Under the pieces are notes generated by a model that worked only from the letters and a program-made list of their open reading frames with translations, was not told the DNA's origin and did not search any database. From Klebsormidium nitens (taxonomy: Eukaryota; Plantae; Klebsormidiophyceae): 64,000 nucleotides of DNA. This document shows, piece after piece, positions 21,918-35,735 of the stretch (positions within the stretch are counted from its first letter, which is position 1; each line of letters begins with the position of its first letter). The DNA lies in NCBI GenBank assembly GCA_000708835.1, contig DF237249.1, positions 1-64,000 on the forward strand. The letters are read 5' to 3'. Position numbers and translations under genes: made by a program.

Positions 21918-23612
21918 TTAGTCGCCAGTCTGTTATATTTATTATCTGTTACAGTGTAAGAACGCCACTGGCGTCAAAGTCGTCAAGGTAGCTTGGACAA
22001 TGATGCCTACTAAGTCCTTAGTTTTGTCGCATATCTGTAGAATATACTGAGAGTCGAGAATAATTGTTCCTTAGTACGTCGCGGAAGGACATTGGCCGCC
22101 CCCCGGCCGCCAGGCCATTGGATGTCCACGCCTCTGACAAGGTTAGACTCGGATGCTCGTCTCCTCGTCAATCGACTTATTGCGCATGGGCGTTCCGACA
22201 CCCTTTGCTCAGGCTCCTCACAGTAGTATAACAACCGGTTGTCAGCCTCGGCGGCACTCCCTCATCCCCTCAAGGTGTCCAAGCAGCGGTCCTGCGGACG
22301 GCCCTTTCGAATAGTTTGATGAAATTATAATCAAGAGCTTCAAAGATGCGCAATGAAGCTCATTATCGGAGTCCTTGCATTCTCAAGGCCGTATCAAGTG
22401 TATGATTGTTTGGATTCGGAGGCTTGAACTGCCTGAAAAGCTTAGGATCTGCATGAGACCATTCAATGATGAACGGGTGCAAGTCGGAAGGCGGCGGTGA
22501 CAAATTAGACGAGGCGACCGCTGAGATCCGTTTGACCCCCATGCGTATTAGTCAATCTGCATGATATCTAGGTAAGTGTGTTTGGTATCAACTTCCAACA
22601 CTGGCGTACGAGAAAGAATACATTTGGAGTTGTGGGTTTGCAAACGCATCCATGTCCTGCTAGCTACCCTATCGAACTGCAACCCCAACGTCTATCAAAC
22701 TTCGATTTTGGGTTAGTCTTTTCAAGTCCCGGGCTGCTCGTCTTTCAAGTCCCGGGTGCGGACGGGCCTGCTCCACATCTAGTTTGGTTTCGGAAGCATC
22801 CGGTTCGCCACAAAAGGGTTCAATCTGCGCGCACCAGAACCGGCTTGAGCTGTCGAATCCAAGCTGGACCCAGTCCAGTTTGCGGCTTCGGTTCACAACC
22901 AACCCGCCCTGTGTATGGATCAGCATGTGCCCTTAGCCGGGGGTTGCGAAGCAAATGATGTATTCAAAGCGCATCTCTTCCCAAAAATGGCTGCGACATC
23001 TGAACAGGCGTGAAACGTATTTGGTGCAATAGAATTGAAGGGAATCTTCGCCATCAACAATATAATCCTCAAGGGCAACAATGCACGGGCCCTGCATGAG
23101 AAACTAGTGCCGATCTATGTCCTCGATTCATTCAAACATCGATGCACTGTCCACGTCTGATTTGAGCCAAACGGTACACTGTTAAGGTGCGTCAATATGC
23201 ATCTATGCACAGTCACACTGGGGAGGCTGATATGAGAGACCACGCGACACATCCCGCATACACCTCCGCTTCATCGGCTGTGCAAACATGGGGCGCTTTG
23301 TCTGCCTCGGCTAAAAAGGAGAGTGAAGCGTGACCATAGGGTGTCACGGGCCCCTATAGCATCATAACACCCGCATCTTGATACGCCAGCAAAGATGGTT
23401 GGAAGAGATTCTTGCCGAGAAGGTGGCTCGTTGGGTACGCTTCGGTTCAAAGATGGTTCGAGAATGGAAAGTTCCAAGGGGTCAAGCCGCCTGATAGTGA
23501 CTATGATGGCGGTTGCAGACTAGTACAGGCTCGTTGCGGAGAGGTTAACCGCCAAAGCCACCCTTTATTGCACATCTCGATCTTCAACCCAGCCTGGTCC
23601 CTTCGCCTCGAG

Positions 23613-26600
23613 TTACTCACGTCGATCGACCACGATCTCAATCTCCGCGCCGGCCCCCGCCGGCGCCCCCCTCCCGTCCCTTGACACGCTTGCTGCCGAC
23701 GCCTTTCCCAAGGTAAGCCCACTTCCCGCCGCTCTCGTTGGCAGAGCCGTTGCCGCCGCCGCCTTCCCGAAGGAAAGACGATGGCCCGTCGCTCTAGTTG
23801 GCAATCCCGTTGCTGCTGACAGTCTGCCGCTCCTTGCGGACATTTTTTCCGCTGGAAATGCGGACGCTGCGGACACCGCCTCGACCAGGGACACGGTTGG
23901 CGAGAGCGTTCCGGGGGGTTCCGCCGAAGGGACATTTGACCCGGGCGGCGCGCTGGAAGCGGCTCCCGGTGCGCGAGCGCGCCTGCGGAGCTTCACGAGC
24001 GCGCGGCTGTTGAGGAGCGCCTTGGAGCCTGGCACGCGCGCGTCCTGCGGGGTTTAAGGGTTTGCTTTTAAAGCCGTTCCGTCAATACGAATCTCAACCT
24101 CCTCGTAAGGCCGAGGAATGCGTAGACAAGCTTGTTTCTTGGTAGTATTACGATTTCTCGTCCTCGTCCTTTTACACTACCTTATCCTGAAACATTGGGT
24201 TTTGCTGCAGCTTGCTAAAATTTGGAAGCATGGAGCGATTGGATGCGTTGCCTCTTTAACGTCTGTAGGTTATGCATCTTCCGTTTGCAAGGCAATCAAC
24301 AATATCCAGAATGTCTTAGGTCCCATCCAAGTGCGTCGCAGACTATGAAGAAAGCAAACTTCTCGATTTAGCGCACACCGCGTTCAAGTTACTCCTCCAA
24401 GCCGATGACCTGTGCGCATCATTTGCGCCGATCGAAAAGGTGTGCAGTACGAAACAATTACCGCTGAAGTGAACGAGAACCATCACACGTTATATCGGCT
24501 TCCAAACACGTGTCTTTGTGAGAAGTTGCAGAGGACCAAAGCTGGCACAAGCAAGCGCTTGAAGGTGACCGGAGCAAAGCGAACCGGGATCTCACTTACG
24601 TGCACGCAAATGCCAGCGAGAGGCCCGGTAGCCATTCCCCGACCCTGCTGACCCCCGCGCGAATGATTTTGGGCTCAAGACAATGGAAATTCGTAATGGA
24701 GCTGCCAACACGTCGTCTATGGAAAGAAGCAGGCAAAAGCAAGCGCTTCACAGTGACCGGACGAGAACTAACCGGGGGCCTGGATACCCAAACTCAGCGT
24801 ACCGAAAATAAATAATGAACCATTAAAAGCCAGCGTGCTCACCAGCGTGCGCGCAAACGCGAGCGAGGGGCTCGGCAGCCATTCCCCGACACGATTGACC
24901 CACCCCGCGGGGGCGTCCAACGCGCGGACCCACGTGGGGTGACGTTTCCCGGTCTCCTTGCACCGGGCGACGATGACGTCATACCGCGCGAAGACGCGCT
25001 GGATGGCGACCTTGACGAGGTCAGCCAGGAGCCACCACGCGATGACGTAAGCCCACGTGATCAGGATGGGCACCCAGCCTGCGGACACGTGGCAGAAAAG
25101 TGCGTGCTGTGATGCTTTTGCAATCAGATCGACGCTCACTTGGAAGCATCAAGTGTTGAGCTTTGGAATGAGCAGAAAGTAGTGCCGACTTTGCACGGCA
25201 AATATACTGACATTTCCGCCGCAATTCGCAACCTGTGGCAGCAAATCGCAGACGGTCAGGCACCAGAATACCACCCCCCCTCTTCAAAACAGAGCTCCAG
25301 CGTTGATATCGTCCGTGCTTGACTCACTTGACGGTCTTTCTGCTTGACTCGACAGCTTTTGACCTCAGTCGTACCCGGTCCAGACTGGGCATGAATATTG
25401 ACAGGAGGAACTTGCGACTCTTGTCCCCCCCATGTTGTAAAACCCCTGGTTCTACTGTAGTGGACACTCGTTCATTACGACGTATAAGGAGGCCGAAAAG
25501 CTGCGTCAGTGCAGAACCGAACGTGAAACGGATCGCCGTGCTTGAGCGTCGCCGCGACGAATACATGGATGTATTGCGTCTTGGCAACTGGCAAGCAGGA
25601 GTCTGGCTGTTACAGTCGCTTCCTGACGTCGCCTCTTCAGACACATCCGTGTAAGCCCAAACAAAAGTAACACTCGGTCCAACCACCAAACATGCCACAC
25701 TACAGATGTGCTCTCACCTGCGCCTTCCATGTTGCCAATGCCCCCATCCGGTGCCACGTCAGCCGGCCAGTAGACCGCAATAAATGTCGCCGCGAGCAGG
25801 AACGCGCACATGGGCAGCAGCAGAATCACGGACGGCCGCGGCGCCGACGTGCGTCCGAAGCGCCAGAAGAACGTCGGGTTGCGGGTCAGCAGAATGTTGA
25901 GCTGGATCAGGGCGACCAGCGCCAGGAACATCACCGCAACGACCTGTGGGAGACACGTGGAGAGCGTTACGTCAATTAAGCTTACTGGGTCGCCCTTAGC
26001 GGGCACACAGTTGATAGTCTGACTTAGGCGACCAGTGTTAGAAACACAACCGCGACGACTCGGAGAGGAGAGTTCTTTTGCTAGGCGTAAGTTGGTTGTC
26101 CTCAGCTGGCGACGAGCGAGTGCCTGCCTGTTACGAGAGAGTTCTGGTTACTCGACCAGGGCAACCAGAAGCAGTACGCAACGATTTGAGAAAGATGAGG
26201 GGAGACTTTACGTTCCCTAGGGTGCTTGGTCGCCCACTTGAACCATCTGGTGAGCAGGCTTTTCATCGAATCGAGGGTAGGAAAACCGCGACGACCTGCG
26301 CCGTACGAAGAGCAGGGCTATCCAGGAAAGAAAACCAAGACAAAGAAGACTTTTATCGTAATGGTCCATGTCAAATCCAGGGTCACTACAGTCATTTGCT
26401 CAGGTTACTAACGGGCTAAAAAGCTCTGAGGCAAACTCTGTTGCAGCCCCCATCTACACGTCCATCTCCTCCTTTTCTATGTAGCTTCAATTGACAATCT
26501 AGTCACTGTCTTACCGACAAGGAAAGTTTCTTATTCAGAACTCCCAAAAAGGCGAGACAGCGAGCCGATTCACGTATCCTTTAGGAAACCCTCAGCTTCT

Positions 26601-29600
26601 TACCTGCCCGGGGGTGATCCCCGGTTGCCCAGTCCGCTCCAGCTGGTAGTCCGCCGGCCACCAGTTAAGTTCGTCGAGCGACGCGAAGTAGAGGAGCAGA
26701 ACGGAACCCAGGATTCCGACGGAAGCGATGCCGAGGGCCACCAGCAAGTCCTTGGACATGTTCCACACCATTGGCTTGTCGGAGCTGTGCACCTGGGTTA
26801 GCGGAACCCGGTGCGGGTTTAGATGGAAACAATCTGGGTTCATTGAAGAACAGTGTAGGTTACGTGGGAAGATTGTGGGCTGCTGAGAACCGTGTGGATT
26901 GAAGGAGAAACGGTGTGGTTCAAGTTGAAACAGTGTGGGTCAAGTTTAACCAGTGTGGGTTACTTGAAGAAAAGCGATTGTGGTCGGCTGCGATAGCCAT
27001 TTCAGTGTGATCCGGCAAACAATGAGCTTATGTACGGCTGAAGCGATCATTATTTGCGTGGACAAACCGAGGAATCTGCTTTCCAAAGAACAGCGAAGGG
27101 AGATGTATCCAAGCGGCATTGTGATAGCATAATTAACCAAGATCAGCCGCGAAATAGACCTGACAAGGATCGGCGCCCGACTCGTGAAGTACAGCAGCGC
27201 GTATGAATCTGTACGAACCATCAGGCGTGACAGCTATGCAATAAAGCATCGTCGAAACAGCAAAAGGGACGCGAGCTGCTCATTGTGAAATTACGTGCGC
27301 CAAAGATACGAAGTAGAGAATCGTTGATTGGCTGACGTCATCAGAGTTCGCTGCCAGCAGCATGGTAGGCTTCAAGGGATCGTGAAATCTGTAAGCGAAC
27401 ACATCAACTAGCTCATTTTGACAGCGGATTCCGGTCTGCTGACGTCACCTTGTCCAGCGACGTGGCCATGACGGAGAGGTCGTTGAAGAGGCTGATCAGG
27501 ACCAGCGTCCACGTGGGCATCTCGAACGTCATGATGACGACAGCGAAGAAGAAGAAGCCGAGGATCAGGATGCTGCTGGCCATCCGGTAGATGATGTACG
27601 TCTCGAGCCGCCGGAAGATCATGCGGCTCCGCCGGATCGCGGTAATAATGGTGGAAATGCCCTCCTGCGAGGACCAGTGTGAATGCGCGCCGGCGTTAGT
27701 GCAATTAAGTGACTTCAGAGAATGACGAGGACAATCTCCAAGAAAAGTCCTTTGGAAGGGAGAGGGCAGATGGCGGTGATGCTGGTGGAAATTGCCTCCT
27801 GTAAATGCGCGCCGGCGTCAGTCAGTCACGTAACTTCAAGGAATAATGAGTACAGCTCTTCCAGAACGACTTTTACGAAGGCATAACGCCGTAAACGCAG
27901 TGCGAATGCGCGCCTGTGGCTGGTGTGACCATTTATTGTCATCCCCTTCCACAAAAAGGTTGGAGGAACGGATCAGATCAACAGAACCTCCAGCCCTGAT
28001 TGATTGAAGTTTCTCCGCGAATTGTCTACCTTATCTCCTCCTTTCTCGTAAAGCGCTCTCTGTCTTGTTATCGACGCTGCAGTCAGTGTCTCGCGCACTC
28101 TGAATCTGCACGGAAAGCGGAATATGAACCGAAATGGAACGGAAGACGATCTTGAAGCCAGGACCTGCTGCCTAACGGGTCATTGCAAACCCGCTCGATC
28201 CACTTTCTTCCCTCGTCGCTGTGTCAGCCCCGCAAGTTATTCCAACCACAAAATGGAAAACCTACCTCCGTCAGGATGATGTCAGCCGCGCCCTTGGCGG
28301 CCGCGGTCGCGCCCGCGACCGCGATCCCGACGTTGGCCTTCTTGAGCGCCGGGGCGTCGTTAACGCCGTCCCCGGTCATGCCCACAAGACGGCCCTTGCG
28401 CTGAAGCGCCTCCACGATGCGGTGCTTGTGCTCGGGGTAAACGCCCGCAAACCCGTCGACTTCATCCACCTGATTTAACGAATAAAGGGTTAGGACTTGC
28501 ATTTGGGCAAAAGCGGGTTCAATGCAGGTCTAGCTGCCCTTGACAATTCGGTAAGTCTGTCGGGTTTGAGGTTGGTGTATTTGCGGGTGCACCTGGACAT
28601 TGAACGGTTCAAATAACCGGGTCAACATTATCGGAGGGCTCAGAATTGTCCTTTTTGAGCCTCGTCCCAGCTTTCCTCAGGACTCAAGTCTCACTGTGTG
28701 CTTCTTCGCCCATTTTAACCTCGGCCACGAAAGTTCATCGGTTCTCTCACCCGAGCAATGAGGTCCCCACCGAGCTCCCGATCGCCCATCAGCTCCTTCC
28801 CTTCCATCATATCGGTTCCGAGCCCCAGACGCCGGCTCGTCTCAATGGCAATCGCCAGCTGGTCTCCGGTCACCATCTTCACCTGAACGGAACGGAACAT
28901 ATCGAAACAAACTGAGGTTGCGGAAACGTACTCCGGGTTTTGGTTCACCTGTTCCTCTGTGCGATTTGGGCTGGATAAGATGCGTGGGTGCTCGGTTCGG
29001 CGGTTCCAAGCACGACCACAATCTCGTTAAGACTCCTCACATTTCAAGCCGACACCCCTGACACGACTGAAAGCAAGCTTCTTCTGAACGGTCCGTTCCC
29101 AGGTCTCTTCACTGTCAACTTACTTGAGTTTCTTGCACATCATCAGGGATACTCAATTATGATGATATCAAAAATCTGAACATACGAAAGAGAAGTACAA
29201 AATGAAAGGCAAACCATCTCTCAAAGAATCTTTTAGCTCACCTCCACCCCCATGTCTTGTGCCGCCCTGACCGTAGTCGCGGAATCCGTCCTGGGGGGGT
29301 CCAGCAGACTGATCAACCCAGTCAGCGTCCACCCCTCCTCGGCGTTGGAGGATTTCGCCACCCCCAGGGCACGCAAACCCCGGCTCGCGCGCTCGGCGAT
29401 GTAAGCGTCGCACGCTTCGCGCGCCGCGGCATCGCTCAGAAGGTCGCGAATGACCTGGAATGACGTCACGGTCAGTGTGATGAAATCACGTTCTTTCGTG
29501 AGCAAGAGCAGGGGTTCAAACTTAGGCCGAGGATTGTGATCTTCTTTTGCAGCTAGTGAACCGGTTCTATCCTCTCCAGCAAGGTCGCAGATGTGCCGAA

Positions 29601-32600
29601 CTTGTTGGGTTGCAAAGTGGATTCTTGATAACGGTTAGGCAAGCTGAGAGTGACAGATGAGCATGATTGTACGGCTCTCTTACTAACCGTGCTCCTCCCT
29701 CCAAGAAGGTCGTGTGTGGAATTTCGAAGAGACCAGCAGCTTCCGCAGTGCGTCAGGAATATGCACTTGCGGTTATCGAAAGGGTAATCAAGAAAAGATT
29801 GATCAATCTTGAACAAGAATTTGGTTAGGAACTGACCTGCGGGGCACCTTTGGTGGTTAGGATCTGGGTTCCGTTTGGCAGAGTCACGTGGGCGACGGTC
29901 TTTTTGTCGACCGGGTTGAACGGCACGAACTTCGTAACAGTGTACTCCGAGATGATCTGCAAACGAAGTATTGCGCGCGTGAGAAAGGAGATATGCCAGA
30001 ACGATACATGACTATATCTTGATCGTTATATATCTTCGGTAAGAATGGGGAGAGGAGAATTTTGGTTCTGAAGATTACCATTGGAAGATCGCTTACAAAG
30101 CGATAGACAACAACAGGCTTTAAGCTTGTCTTGAGATCATACATCCGACATTTTCTCGACCCAGATCAGTTCATTACAAAAGCCTACCCGATTCGGCATC
30201 ACTCTGACGAAATGTGTCGCCGTCAGGTGCCTCGATTGCGTCCAAACGTGAGTCGCTGAAAACAGATCTGCGGAGGCGAAAGAGATCCGCTTATGAGGCA
30301 AAGCATTTCTAGGTAAAAAGGATGCCCTTTTCAAAATTCATTCTGAAAACAGGAACCTCTATGAATAAGGAGGTCATCATACCAGGTAACGACAAACGAA
30401 AAACTCCCACCCAGACAATCGTGCGCTCACACCCAAACCTGCGCTTCGCACCTAAACCCACCTCTAAACCCCAAGCAAACCCCCCGACCCAGTCTTCACG
30501 TTATTGTCACTGATTCGTTTATCCAATTACTCGACCATTCATTCACTCATTCAAAACTTTTGAAAACTAGTCACCTTAGCATCTCCGCCCATCGCTTCAG
30601 TTACGGCTTTATCGATGGCGTCATTATGGTCCCACTTCGCCGACAGGGATGCCGTCAGCAGTACGTCATCTTTGGAGCTGGCCCCCCACGCCAGAATGTC
30701 GTCCTTGTCGAGGGTCAGCCGGTTCAGGGTTAGCGTTCCGGTCTTGTCGCTGGCCAGAACCTCCATGCCGGAAAGCTCCTCCAGAGCGGAAAGCCTGCGG
30801 AAAAGGTATGACCGACGTCGGAAAGGTATGACCGACAGTCCTGGACTGGAATTTGAGTCGCATCAGCGGGCAGACGTCTGACTGTTTGTTTCAGGAAAGC
30901 GGCTGAACAGTGACATGAAAGGGTTTGCGGGATCTAAGTCTTTAGAACAGTGCAGTCACAACAATCTGGTCGTATTGATGTTTTTTCGTTTCCTGCAGAG
31001 TGGATTCAAATGACCGATCACGTGGAGGCAGAGTAGCCTTGGTATCGTCTAAGACAAAAAGAAGGTCCGACTTATGGTTTTTTGGAGGAAGCGAGAGACT
31101 GGGTGAACAGACTCCAAAGTCGTGATACTTGAGAAAGAAAAGCGAGGATTGAGTCCCTTAGAAGATTTCGTAACAACAATGTTCCAGAGAGACCCCAGGG
31201 TCGTGACCCGCTAAGCACAACTGTGACCTAAACAGCCCACACAATTCCAGGCTCCGATCCACTACCAAGAATACTCAGCTCAAACAGTTACTCCACAAAT
31301 CCCCACTACAAAAGGAATTTGAACATCAAAAGTATTTAAACCAAAACCCTAGACTTGAAACCCTCGGAAAACCTACCTGGTGACGATAGCGCGCTCTGCG
31401 GCCATCTCGCGCGCGCCGAATGCGAGCACCGTGGTGGTGACAACCGGCATGCCGACGGGGACCGCCGCGACGAAGATGACGAAAGCGGTGACGACAGCGT
31501 AGCTGGGGGACGCGTCCTGGTCCACGAGGAGGACTATGACGATCACGAGCACCGCGAAGAAGGAAATCACCGCGACAGCGATCGAAACCTGGTTCAGGAC
31601 CTGCGGAGAGAAACGAAGATTTGAGAGGTTCAGGGTTTTGACTTGTTCTTCTTTTCAAAGTGTGAGGGTTTTGGACTGGTGCACTCTTTCTGCAAAAGCT
31701 GATTTGGCTTTTCGTTTTCCGGAGTTGAAAACCGTCAAGGCAGAGATTGCCACGAGAGCGATGGAGACCCGGTTGAGTTCATCTGCGAAAAACCCAAAAT
31801 CTTGGGTGCCCGAGTCCCTTATTGGCACCTTACTTGTTCACCCGGTGAGAACCATTCCCCAAGCGAGCAAACAAGAGTACACAGATCCTTCGTTTACAAG
31901 AGTTTCATCCAGGTGTGACCAATAAACAGTTTAGACACCACGCTTCCTCGAGAGAGCAACGGCAATTTGAAAAACTCTTTCAACGCTCTGCGGCTTCTGC
32001 TACAGCAAGCAACAAAAGCATGCACGCAAGGTTCCTCTTGTATGAGACTTTCTCCTTACCGTTTGCAGATGGCCTCTCTCTTCGGGTGCCCCCAAGAGAG
32101 CGATCGTCTTCCCAAAGAACGAATCGGCGCCGGTAGCAGTGACCTGCGCCTCCAGTTCGCCCTGCGTTACCGTCGCACCCGCCAAAACCTGCGGGGTTAC
32201 GACAAACCAAAGGTTTCAGAGAGGCCCCAGAAACGGTTTCAGAAAGCTGCGATTAACATCAGGTCAAAAAACTAAGAGACACTTGTCATGAGCCTTCCTT
32301 CTTTGAAGCTTCCGGCTCTCTGGATCCGATTGCTATAAGCCAGAAGTTTCTGTGTTGCAGACGGAAAGATCTAGTATGGCTCAAATTTGACCAACACGGT
32401 GACGCAAAGGAAGGACTTTTGTAAGAACCCCAAGATTCCTTCCTCAACACGAACTGAACATTCACGTAAGGAACGTTTGTCGCAGTCCTTATCAGACGCT
32501 TTTTAGGACCCCCTTCCGGCCATGTACAGCGAAGATTACATTGGGCAGCTTTGCGGCAATTGCTGACCTGATCGCCAGGCTTTCGCGTCACCGGAAGGGA

Positions 32601-33893
32601 CTCTCCGGTGAGAGACGACTCGTCGACCAGAAGAGGCTCTCCGACGCCCACCAACTGCAGAGAGAAAAAACTTCGACGCTTAGCGACCAAATGCAAGAAC
32701 CTTCCGTCCACTTAATTAACTTTCAACAAACTTGGTACACCCCGTCTCTGTGGACCAGCAGGTGAATCTTACCCAGCTTCCGGAAGTGTGTAGACGTTTT
32801 CGTGTTTCTGAGAGGCGACTTGTCTCTGAAGTACGCGAAAAGCCAGCTGATGGGTCAAGCCACATGCTCGTCCAAAAGCATCACAGCTGGAGGTCACAAG
32901 ACTGAATATCTGCAGGCCACCGAAATATTTACTATGAAGTATGCAAGATTGAGGATACGGAGAACCTTGATAGCCTGTTGATATTCAAACGTGGGCGCGC
33001 TGCAGATCTCCCCAAAACCTCAACATTTCAGTCTCAACCTCGTCAAATAAGTGACATCAGCAAAATGGTACCTATTTGCACGCACCTGTGCATCAGCAGG
33101 GATGACGTCACCCCCCTTGAGCGCGATGATGTCACCCGGGAGGAGCTCCCGGGCGGGGACCTGCTGCCACTTGCCCTCCCGCTTCGCCTGGGCCATCGGC
33201 ACAGTGAGTGCCTGAGGATATGGGGGGATTGTGACGTCAGCATTGTGAAGGAACAGTGACATCAGCGATGATATGAGTCGTCGCATGCTTAGAAGAGGCA
33301 TGAGCGCGTAAAGGGGCGACTTATCCTTTCTTTTTTCATCAGCCTCGTCAATACACTCAAGCTTGTACAAAAAAGAAACGGTTCGTTGGAAGTTCTCCGC
33401 CTCCATTGGATAGACTAAGCTACAGCGATCATTCAAGAAACTCTTTCAAAGTAACCAAAACTACCGAGCCCCACCCATGTCGGAGCTGCTTTGTATTGTG
33501 CATTATGTTTATTCCCCAACCCCACTCCCTCAAAAGCTGGAGATTACATCAATCTGGCCAGCAAACTCACGAATCATCTTCTCACCAAGTAGATTTATCT
33601 CCCCTCACCTCTAGTTCTTTGACCGCGTTGCCTGCATTCCGCTCCGAATAGTACCCCACCCAAACAATCAGGTTCAGCTCCAGAATTAGCAGCACAAAAC
33701 TGGTCCACCCCCGGCCCCCCTCCACTTCGACCGTTGCGCTTATGATAGCCGCGACGAAAATGATGATAGACACCCAGTCCAGGTAGCGCCACAGGATCTT
33801 CTTCCACTCGGGGGTCTGGTTAGTCTTAACCTCGTTGAAACCATGCTGCGCCCGGAGGGTTTCGACCTCCTGGTTGCTCAACCCATTCATCAC
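23613..33893 (-). CDS. PMA: Plasma-membrane H+-ATPase (P3A), algal/fungal-like non-pT type, multi-exon; additional 5' exon(s) probably lie up to about 35356
   Basis: Exons encode [24 protein letters not shown] (phosphorylated Asp), [18 protein letters not shown] and [21 protein letters not shown], plus transmembrane segments. The last exon (about 23613-24045) ends IEIVVDRRE*. The start codon is not resolved. Confidence 0.95.
26820..26960. repeat. Degenerate intronic minisatellite (about 21-bp units, aacagtgtgggtcaagtt-like)
   Basis: Recurrent aa(c/a)cagtgtgg(g/t)t core in an H+-ATPase intron. Confidence 0.55.
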
Positions 33894-35735
33894 CTGAAGG
33901 GGAGTAAAAGCAGAAAAGTGTATTGGTACGATTTTGGTTGTCATGATCTTGAAGGGGTTTCAACTCATGCTGGCTCAGTCCACTCATTGCCTGGGGTGGC
34001 AGCTTGAGTGTAGGGAGTGGAAAGAGTTGGGGTTGTTTTCTTTAACCTCTCTTCCCTGAAGGTTTCGACCTTGTGGTTGTCACCCCACTCTCAGTTCTTG
34101 AGATAGATTGGAAGCCGATGTGACTTTGCAGATCAACTCTGCGCCCGATTAGCTCACACTTATGGTGCATTCATTCTGCTTGGAGGTACCTGGAAAAGTC
34201 AAGCTGTCTATGGAAAAGAGCTTTAGCATGTGGCGTTGCTTTTTTTCAGGTGTTGAGTATGCCATGAGAAGGCCTCCGGAGTGAACCTGCGGAATGCGGA
34301 ACAGAATGGGCCCCCAAATCTCTTGGTTGGGTGGGGTTAAATGCTTGTAGTAAAGCTCAGCTGGAGTAAAGCCGATTTGGGCAGAACCGCCTGCGTTCAA
34401 AGAATGTCAGATGTACAGTTGTAAAGGGGACAGCACCCTGACATACACTTTCATTTAAAAAGTACGTAGGGAGGTCAGATTTCAAATGAATTCATTTTCA
34501 CTTTCAGGGCCTGGTCTATGTGTGGAATCTTGTGGAGCGAATCAAGACTTTATCTCACAGCTGTGAAAGCAGTTTCCTGCACGTCACAATGCAATGCAAC
34601 GAATGGCCTAACGCTCAGTCTCCGGTAAGCCCAAACCTCAAAAGAAAAACTGATCAGACCCAAACAAGCCTCTCATTGGTGTTCCTCAGCTGACGATGCT
34701 CTTGTAGACCAAGAGTTCAAAAGTGGATTATACCAGCTGTCTTAACTTGAGCGCGTCAGCACACAATCAATGCAATGGCGCCTGCAGAAGCATTTCATTT
34801 GGAGGACCACAACGACAAAGCAGCATACATCCAGTGAGCTTACCTCTCCTCAGCACTGCAGCATCAATTGTAGGAATCCGCACGCTGTTTTCGAACCCCG
34901 CCCTTTTCTTGCTTCAAAGTGCACGCAATGCGATCAATCAAGGATTAGCAATCTGCATTCTTTTTGCGAGGATTGCGCAATTGGCCGCAAACTTTTTTCC
35001 ACGTCGCAATGCTGTCTCGGCACTCTCTCGGCAGCTGGAAGGAGAAAGCAATTGGTTCCAGAGCTCTTTTGAGCAGCTCAGTTTGAGAAGGAATGCAATT
35101 CTGTTGTCCAGTTTTGTCCTCTGTACTTTATAACCGGCTCAGAGCTCATTGCAGACGTCAGGATCGTTTTGTGGCGGACGTGAGGGTGCCTTCTGTTGTG
35201 ACCACGTGGCAGCAAACGAGCAGATGAATCCATCAGAATATACGCCATGAGAACACTCCAGGCACTCTCAGCAGGTCTTTGATGAGAACACAGGGCGCTC
35301 ATGTCAACATTGGATCCTTCTTCCTTGTTCTTTTTGGCCATACCTAGCTGCGCCATGGTTTGTCATGTCGCTTCAGCCTTCAGATCAGTCTGCAATCCTG
35401 TGCTCAGTGCATGCATCGCGGCACCCTTGGACCTATTCGGGAGGACTGCCGTGTCGCCATGGAGACAGCCTGGATGTTCGCTGCCAGCTGTTCTTGTCTC
35501 TCGCAAAAATATGAATGTAGATCATGCAAGTGAGTGAGAAGAATGACAGGCTGGCCGCTGGAGTGTGGCCCCTTGGGAACTCCCCCAAATCTTTGCTCGC
35601 TCAGCTGGCAGCTTTTGATTCGCCGGAACAAAAGCAGTGGGCGCCACCAGCTGATGTTTTCAGTGTCATGTCATTGGTGCCGGTAATGTACCGTGCAATC
35701 CACCGGATCTCTGCCATTTTTTTAAATAGGTATTA

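Noticed and set aside
21949-22542. Apparent decayed minus-strand ORF (MGVKRIS...SGVLTL)
   Set aside because: It has six internal stops in 197 codons, not clearly below the roughly nine expected by chance, and no recognisable motif.
19727-22912. 12-bp inverted match agggcgggttgg as TIRs of a 3-kb element
   Set aside because: The match is short and has no target-site duplication.
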